NCBI RefSeq assembly: GCF_009914755.1
Contig: NC_060927.1
Source of the DNA: the human T2T-CHM13v2.0 reference genome, Homo sapiens
Length of the DNA: 64,000 nucleotides
Reading direction: 5' to 3' (one strand)
Below the pieces are notes generated by a model that saw only the letters and a list, made by a program, of their open reading frames with translations, ran no database searches and was not told the DNA's origin. A program made the translations under genes and the position numbers. Shown here in pieces: positions 49,803 to 64,000 of the stretch (positions within the stretch are counted from its first letter, which is position 1; each line of letters opens with the position of its first letter).

Positions 49803-50666
49803 TGTATTAGTTTTCTATTGCTGCTGTAACCAATTACGACAAACCTAATGGCTTGAAATAAGTAGAAGTTATTTTACATTTCTGGAGGTCAGAAGTCCAA
49901 AATTAATTTCAATGGACTGAAGTTGGCAGGGCTGGTTCCTTCCGGAATCTCTAGGGAAGAATTCATTTCCTTTCCTTTTCCAGCTTCTAGAGGCTGCCTT
50001 CATTCCTTGGCTCATTTCACTATCCTCCACCTTCATTGTCAGCATGACATTTTTCAGTCTCCTCCTCTTCCTCTGTCTCTCTCACCCTCCTGCCTGCCTC
50101 CCTCTTAAAAACACCCTTGTGATTACATTGAGCCCATCAAGATAATCAGGATAGTCACTCCATCTCAGAATCTTTAACTTAATCACATCTGTTTTAGAAC
50201 TCCAAATTCAGGCTCATGTACCCGATGGGCAGCTGATGCCAAATATTGAGATATTGGTGCTTGGAGACAGAGAAATATTTATTCGATTTGACCAAAGTTA
50301 GAGGGCAAGAGAGCAAGATCTCTCAGATCCACAGTAACAAAAAAGAAGCAGGGAGTTTTTATGGAGCTAGAGAGTAATGGAGAGGGAGTTTCAAGGAATC
50401 CAAGGGAAAAGTCTGTGTTTCTTCCATTTCAGGTAACACCTTGTGCAGCCGTATGTACATGGCAGCTGGTTGCAATGTCCTTCCAGGAATTCATTCCTTC
50501 TGCAAACTATTCTTATGACCCTGAAGTTATCTCCTTCTGCTTGACAAAGAAACAGTACATCAGCAGTTTATAATTACATTGTGGGAACAAGGAATACTGG
50601 GCAAAAAGCGAGTGGTTAACATGTACAAGCAAGCAAGGGCCTGTTCAAAATTTTCATTATTTCATG

Positions 50667-50697
<31 letters not shown>

Positions 50698-50850
50698 GCT
50701 GGGGTGCTGAAATCTCAAGCAGCTGAAATCTCAAGGTTATATAGCTACAAAATCCCTTCTCAGTGCAAGGTAACATATTTACAGATTATGGAAATTAGCA
50801 TGTGAACATCTTTGGGTGGGAGGTGGAGGGATCTTTATTCAGCCTACCAC
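49803..50850 (-). mobile_element. MLT1 LTR interrupted by an ERV-like LTR (~50189-50748)
   Basis: MLT1 sequence breaks at aatcacatc|tg and resumes at aaaatccctt...gcctaccaca. Confidence 0.6.
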
Positions 50851-51654
50851 AGCCTCTCTCACAGAATTTACCTCGCTTTATTGTATTTCTTTGTTTACTT
50901 TCATGTCTATTTCTCCAATGGCATATGAACCTACTGAAAGCGAGAACTACCATTGACATAGCTAACTGGTCTTTCTATCTCAATGCTTAGTTCAGAGCCT
51001 GGCATATAGTAGGGCCTCAGTAGATATTTACTGGCTGTATATGAGGTTGGATGATGCTTGAATAGAGTCTTTTGAAGGATGAATAGGAACTCCCCAGGCA
51101 GTTAAAGGAAAAAGGATATTCCTACAGAGAGGTTTTAAGCAGCATGGGTTTGAAGAATCACTAGTCCTGAGTTGGTACTGCTGGGACGTGATTTGTGCTG
51201 AGGGGTGGAGCTGGGAATAGTGGTGTCAGTCAGATCATGGGAAGAATTTGGCTTTTTACCTGAAGACCAGTAGTTCAGAAACCTGGCTGATTATCAAAAT
51301 TGCCTGGATAACTTAAAAATAGAGATTTTCAGGTCCCACTTGAAAATTCTTACTCATTAGTTCTGAGTAGGTCTGTTTTGAAAAGGTCTTTGTGATGGTA
51401 CTCTAGGTTGACGTGTCCTTGCTATAGGTGATAAAGGAGTCACTCACTGAGTCTTAGGCAGAGCAATTTTTGTCAGCTTGCCTCAGAAGAAGAGCACCCT
51501 GGAGAACAGATTTGGGAGAGAAGAGGTTGGAAGTAAGGAGACCAGGCCCATCTGTTCTATTACAAAAGCTAAGGCCAGAAATGATGCAGACCCAAACCTT
51601 CAAGCATTTCTACTGGATATAGACAGTATGACTTATTTAGATGTCTAGCATGGG

Positions 51655-52475
<821 letters not shown>

Positions 52476-52501
52476 TTTACATATTTACATGTCTAGAATG
52501 A

Positions 52502-52883
52502 TGATATGGTTTGGGTCTGTGTCCCTACCCAAATCTCATGTTGAATTATAACCCCCAATGTTGGAGGAGGGGCCTTGTGGGATGCAATTGGATAGTAGGG
52601 GCAGAAATCTCCCTTGCTGTTCTCATGATAGTGAGTTCTCAGGACATCTGGTTGTTTAAAAGTGTGTAGCACCTCCCTCTTTGCTCGCTTGCTCTCCTTC
52701 TCTGGCCATGTAAGATGTGCCTGCTTCCCCTTCACCTTCCTCCATGATTGTAAGTTTCCTGAGGCTTCCCCAGTTGTGCTTCCTGTACAGCCTGCAGAAT
52801 TGTGAGTCAATTAAACTTCTTTTATTTATAAATTACCCAATCTCAGGTAGTTCTTTATAATAATGTGAGAATGGACTAATACA
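52502..52883 (+). mobile_element. MSTA-like MaLR LTR
   Basis: tgatatggtttgg...gactaataca termini. Confidence 0.85.
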
Positions 52884-54146
52884 AATGACTTCCAGATTTT
52901 CACCTTAAGTTCGAAATATGACATTCAGAAGAAAAATAGATTTAGGGAGGTGGCAAGGGTGATAAGATAACTTTCGATATACTGAGTTTGAGATTGTCCA
53001 TGGCTATCCACGAGAAAATGTGCAGTTCACCAGTTGAATAAATGGGACTATAGCTCAAAAGTGATTGCAAAGGGTTGAAGTAGAGACAATGAATATAAAA
53101 CAATATTTTTAGTAGCTTAGATAGGAGGGAAAATGGAGTTTATTGGTGACAGAGAGATGCAGGATCAAGAAGAGTATTGTTTTGTTTTGTTCTGATTTTA
53201 AGGATAGTTTACTAGTCAGGATTCCACCAGCCTGTAGGGGTGGGTTGCCCCTACACACCTGTGGGTGTTTCTCGTAAGGTGGGACGAGAGATTTGGAAAA
53301 GAAAAAGACACAGAGACAAAGTATAGAGAAAGAAATAAGGGGACCCGGGGAACCAGCGTTCAGCATATGGAGGATCCCGCCAGCCTCTGAGTTCCCTTAG
53401 TATTTATTGATCATCTGTGGGTGTTTCTCGAAGAGGGGGATGTGTCAGGGTCACAAGACAATTGTGGGGAGAGGGTCAGCAGACAAACACGTGAACAAAG
53501 GTCTTTGCATCATAGACAATGTAAAGGATTAAGTGCTGTGCTTTTAGATATGCATACACATAAACATCTCAATGCTTTACAAAGCAGTATTGCTGCCCGC
53601 AGGTCCCACCTCCAGCCGTAAGGCGGTTTTTCCCTATCTCAGTAGATGGAGCATACAATCGGGTTTTATACCGAGACATTCCATTGCCCAGGGACAGGCA
53701 GGAGACAGATGCCTTCCTCTTGTCTCAACTGCAAGAGGCATTCCTTCCTCTTTTACTAATCCTCCTCAGCACAGACCCTTTACGGGTGTCGGGCTGGGGG
53801 ACGGTCAGGTCTTTCCCTTCCCACGAGGCCATATTTCAGACTATCACATGGGGAGAAACCTTGGACAATACCTGGCTTTCCTAGGCAGAGGTCCCTGCGG
53901 CCTTCCGCAGTTTTTGTGTCCCTGGGTACTTGAGATTAGGGAGTGGTGATGACTCTTAAGGAGCATGCTGCCTTCAAGCATCTGTTTAACAAAGCACATC
54001 TTGCACCGCCCTTAATCCATTTAACTCTGAGTTGACACAGCACATGTTTCAGAGAGCACGGGGTTGGGGGTAAGGTCACAGAATCTCAAGGCAGAAGAAT
54101 TTTTCTTAGTACATAACAAAATGGAGTCTCCTATGTCTACTTCTTT

Positions 54147-59468
<5,322 letters not shown>

Positions 59469-61317
59469 GACAATGGTTGCCCATTTTTATCAAATTTAGA
59501 ACGACATTGACTAGCCCAATGTTTTCCTTTTTTACATCTTGGACATAAGTCAGGTGGCTCTCTACCTGTTGTAGTTGCTTGAATAGTTATATTCTGTTTA
59601 TTTAAGACTGGGCAATTCTTTTTTAAGTGACCAATTTGACCACAATTATAACATTTTCCTCCAAATGTTCTAACTTGTCCTCCTAAAACAACTCCTGTTA
59701 TTGCTTGAGCCATAAGCATAGCTTTATGCATAGCTCCTCCGATTCCATCACAGGCTTTTACATATTCTGAGATTACATCTGATCCTGCAGGAACCTTTCC
59801 TTTTAATGGCTTAATGGCTGATTGACACTCAGGATTGGCGTTTTCATATGCCATTAACTCCACTATGACCTTACGGGCTTTTTCATCGGCAATTGACTTT
59901 TGAGCAACATCTTGGAGCCTTGCCACAAAATCAGGATAGGGCTCTTTTGAACCTTGTCTTACTGTATTAAATGAGGGGCAGGTACTTCCTGGGTCTTGGA
60001 TTTTTTCCCAGGCTCTAAGGCAGATAGCTCTAACTTGCTCAATGGCCTCATTTTGCATTAATGCTTGTTGACTAATAGTACTCCAATTTTGACCTATTCC
60101 TAATAGTTGATCTGCATCTATGTTAACTGGAGGATTGGCAGCCCTATTTCTTCGGACCTGTTCTTGTACCCCATCAATCCACCAAGTCTTAAATTGTAAA
60201 AATTGAGAGGGTGAGAGAGACGATTTTGCCAGAATCTCCCAATCATAAGGAATGAGTTTATGTCCATGAGCAATGGAATCTAATAATGTCCTCATATAAG
60301 GGGAGTTGGGTCCATACTGTTTTACTCCCTCTTTCATATCTTTTAGCATTTTTATCGAAAAAGACTTGTATCTGGCCTCAACTGTGGGAGGCTCTCCCTC
60401 TTGGGCTCCTTCTCCAGGTGGCATCGGTTCTAACGTTACTGGGAATTGCCATGCCTCAGTATCTCCTTCCTTTCTTGATTTATCAATAATTTCATGTAAT
60501 TCACTACCCCGTCTACTAGGTGGTGCCGTAGGATTAAGTCTCCTAGTGGGTGGCTGAGGGTATGGCGCCCTGCCCTGTGGTGCTGGGGGCATTCCTGGAT
60601 ATCCATACTGACTTTCTGGGGGTGGCCGATACTGAAGTTCAGCCGGCGGCCAGTATTGATAGGCTACTGGCGGTTGGGTCTTATTTTCTTTAACCTGCTT
60701 TTGAGGTTGTAATGTTACGGGCACCTGACCTGCTGGAAGATGACTTGTGCCTCGTGGTTTAGACTCTGATGGCCCCACTAATTCTGGACCTTTTCCTTCC
60801 AATTTTAACGTTTCAGGATATATCACCTCCTGTAATTGATTATAGTCAACATTTTGCGTTGACTGAGCCATTACCGGCTCTGCTACATATTCGCAATGTA
60901 AACCTTCCGTTTCTTTCTGGGATTTTTTCCTTGTGTTTTCATTACAATCTATTATACAGCTTCCAAGGGCATCAGAAACTGAAACACTATCTTCTTCTGT
61001 TTGAAATGGTTCTAAAGCTGCTTTAATAATGGCCCAATCATTCCATACTGTAAGTGGAATGACATTACCCTTCCTACCTGCTTGTTTTAGTTCCTTACCA
61101 ATTCTTTTCCAATCTTTTAGATCTAAAGTTCCTTGTTCTGGAAACCATGGGCAAAATTGTTCTATTATTTGAAATAGCTTGATTAGATTTTTTGTAGATA
61201 CTTTAACTCCCCCTCTTTTTAAAAGAATTTTAATAAAGCTGAGATAAGAGGCATATTTACTTTTAATTTTACTTTTAGTTTGCCCCATTATCACCCTAGC
61301 TTCTTCCGAGCGCACAA

Positions 61318-61326
61318 GCTTACCGT
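61318..61326 (-). promoter_or_regulatory. Major splice donor
   Basis: CCTTACG|GTAAGC, boundary 61324/61323. Confidence 0.85.
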
Positions 61327-61411
61327 AAGGCTGACTGTAGACGTACTCGGGATCTCTCGTCGACTTGTCCTCAATGACCACGCTCGAGCGTACCTTCACC
61401 CTAGAGAAAAG

Positions 61412-61429
61412 CCTCCACGTTGGGCACCA
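61412..61429 (-). other. Primer binding site (tRNA-Lys type)
   Basis: TGGTGCCCAACGTGGAGG 2 nt after the 5' LTR. Confidence 0.92.
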
Positions 61430-61431
61430 GA

Positions 61432-62391
61432 TGTAGGGGTGGGTTGCCCCTACACACCTGTGGGTGTTTCTCGTAAGGTGGGACGAGAGATTTGGAAAAG
61501 AAAAAGACACAGAGACAAAGTATAGAGAAAGAAATAAGGGGACCCGGGGAACCAGCGTTCAGCATATGGAGGATCCCGCCAGCCTCTGAGTTCCCTTAGT
61601 ATTTATTGATCATCTGTGGGTGTTTCTCGAAGAGGGGGATGTGTCAGGGTCACAAGACAATTGTGGGGAGAGGGTCAGCAGACAAACACGTGAACAAAGG
61701 TCTTTGCATCATAGACAATGTAAAGGATTAAGTGCTGTGCTTTTAGATATGCATACACATAAACATCTCAATGCTTTACAAAGCAGTATTGCTGCCCGCA
61801 GGTCCCACCTCCAGCCGTAAGGCGGTTTTTCCCTATCTCAGTAGATGGAGCATACAATCGGGTTTTATACCGAGACATTCCATTGCCCAGGGACAGGCAG
61901 GAGACAGATGCCTTCCTCTTGTCTCAACTGCAAGAGGCATTCCTTCCTCTTTTACTAATCCTCCTCAGCACAGACCCTTTACGGGTGTCGGGCTGGGGGA
62001 CGGTCAGGTCTTTCCCTTCCCACGAGGCCATATTTCAGACTATCACATGGGGAGAAACCTTGGACAATACCTGGCTTTCCTAGGCAGAGGTCCCTGCGGC
62101 CTTCCGCAGTTTTTGTGTCCCTGGGTACTTGAGATTAGGGAGTGGTGATGACTCTTAAGGAGCATGCTGCCTTCAAGCATCTGTTTAACAAAGCACATCT
62201 TGCACCGCCCTTAATCCATTTAACTCTGAGTTGACACAGCACATGTTTCAGAGAGCACGGGGTTGGGGGTAAGGTCACAGAATCTCAAGGCAGAAGAATT
62301 TTTCTTAGTACATAACAAAATGGAGTCTCCTATGTCTACTTCTTTCTACACAGACACAGTAACAATCTGATCTCTCTTGCTTTTCCCCACA
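61432..62391 (-). promoter_or_regulatory. 5' LTR (LTR5_Hs, 960 bp)
   Basis: No difference from the 3' LTR found by eye; ORF-track peptides identical at offset 8199. Confidence 0.97.
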
Positions 62392-62771
62392 CCAGCCAAA
62401 GAGAAACAGTAGAATATGTAAAGGGATTTACAGAAAGAAATTGACTTATACCATTGTAGAGGTCAGATAGGAAAGTCTGAAATTCATAAGGCTGGAAACT
62501 CTCAGGCAGGAGCTGAAGAGGAAGTCCGCAGGTGGAATTTCTTCTTTCTTCACATCTTCAGGAAAACCTAAGTTCTATTCTTTAGGCCTTTCAACTGATT
62601 GGATCAGGCTCACCCACATTACCCAGAATAATCCCCTTTACATAAAATCAACTGGCTGTAGACATTAATCACTTCTACAGAATACCTTCACAGCAACACC
62701 TAAGCTAATATTTGATTGAATAACTGGGTGCTACAGCCTAGCCAAGTTGACACATAAAGCTGACCATCACA
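62392..62771 (-). mobile_element. MLT2 (ERV-L) LTR, split by the provirus (other end ~53208-53232)
   Basis: gcctagccaagttgacacataaagctgaccatcaca terminus; tagtcaggattc terminus on the far side of the provirus. Confidence 0.7.
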
Positions 62772-64000
62772 GATGGAAAATGACTTGATCAAACATATAT
62801 ATAGGCTAAAGGGAAGAATTCAAAGTGTGAAAGAAGCTGGATATAAAAAAATAGGAGAGAATTGATGGAGAAAGACCCATTACTCATTCAACAAAGTTTC
62901 TGAGCGTCAGTTTTTTGCCAGACACCATCCTAGGAACCAGAAGAGACAAGCAGGGATGGAATCAAGTGCTGAAGTAAAGCAGTTGACTTAAATATCAAAA
63001 CCTTTTATTATCTGAGCCAGGAAGAAAAATAAAGATAGTATAGATATAGATCTATTTCGGAAGGAGTGATGGACAGCTTCTGTGTTCTCAATGGAGGAGG
63101 ATTTGAGATCATTACCAAGAGTGGAGGAGGGCAGGGAGATGGTGTTCTGGATGAGCAATGGATGTTGAAATCCGAGCTTCCTTGAATCAGGGCACATGGG
63201 AAAAGCACAGGCTATGTACATTAGAAGTAAGGTTTTAGGGCCCTACTGTAAACAAATCTCTAGACTGCAAAAAAAAAAAAAAAAAAAGGCTGTCACAGAC
63301 AAAAATGACCATTAAATGTAAAACCTTGGCCATCTCATTAGTAATTCATGAAATACAAATTAAAATAATTTTTAGCTTCTATCAAATAGACAAAGAGTAA
63401 AAAGCATGGTGTCTGGTGTCACTAGGGCTTTGCACGAAAAATCTAGGTGCAAAGTTATCCTTTGTTGTAATCATAAAAAAGGAAAGTGACATTGTATCCT
63501 CACAATAATTCGATTACTTTCTAATATTTTGGCAGTGGAATTTTTTATTCCCCACAAAATCTTATATAGAAACCTACTATGTAAAACAAATATATAAAAG
63601 CAAGATTGCAGTGGTTAAGTATGTATGGGGGAATGCAAGGCCCTCCCATTAAGGCAATTTTGAGGGGCCATTTCCTGAGGTACTTGCCCAAGACATTTCC
63701 TAGAACAGTTTGAAACTTGCTGCTGTAAATAAATATGTATTAATGTGAGCAATTATTAATGATACATTAAGATTTTTTTAAGCAGTTCAGAAAACTGTAT
63801 GTCATTCCTTGAAAAAAATACATAGCCACACATTGAGGAAGAGGTCTAGAAGGATCTAAATGAAGGTTATAACAATGGTCATTTTTCTGGCAGTAGGATA
63901 GATTTTTTTTTCTTCTATGAGCTTATTTTTTTATATTTTAAAAAAAGAAGTATTGCTGTTGTAATGAGAAAAAATTATGTATTATTTTTATTTATTTATT

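Noticed and set aside
53233-53255. Hairpin tgtagggg...cccctaca at the LTR end
   Set aside because: Standard U5 feature of LTR5_Hs, not locus-specific
53421-53949. Plus-strand ORFs duplicated exactly at 61620-62148
   Set aside because: Simply the two LTR copies read antisense; no evidence of coding

Overview
Human genomic DNA, recognisable as the 3q13.2 locus. Left to right: (1) coding exon 1 and promoter of CD200R1 (minus strand); (2) a repeat-rich intergenic stretch with solo LTR1 and LTR7B-like (HERV-H) LTRs; (3) complete GTPBP8 (plus strand, 6 coding exons, 284 aa by manual splicing); (4) complete convergent NEPRO/C3orf17 (minus strand, 9 coding exons, 567 aa) containing a U12-type intron; (5) a 9159-bp type-1 HERV-K(HML-2) provirus (minus strand, 53233-62391) matching my recollection of HERV-K106. 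Its two 960-bp LTRs look identical by eye, it has a CCAGCC target-site duplication, and it is inserted in an old MLT2 LTR. Despite the identical LTRs, pro, integrase and env are all disabled; Gag (with a frameshifted tail), RT/RNase H and Np9 stay open. I see no wholly new gene system. The best leads are: evidence for trans-mobilisation of a defective genome; a new AG that may compete with the np9 acceptor; a locus-specific Gag tail; candidate poison exons and a 64-bp direct repeat around the NEPRO minor intron; and early-embryo-type LTRs in sense upstream of both ribosome-biogenesis genes. Gene, repeat-family and consensus comparisons are from memory, not database searches, and repeat boundaries are approximate.
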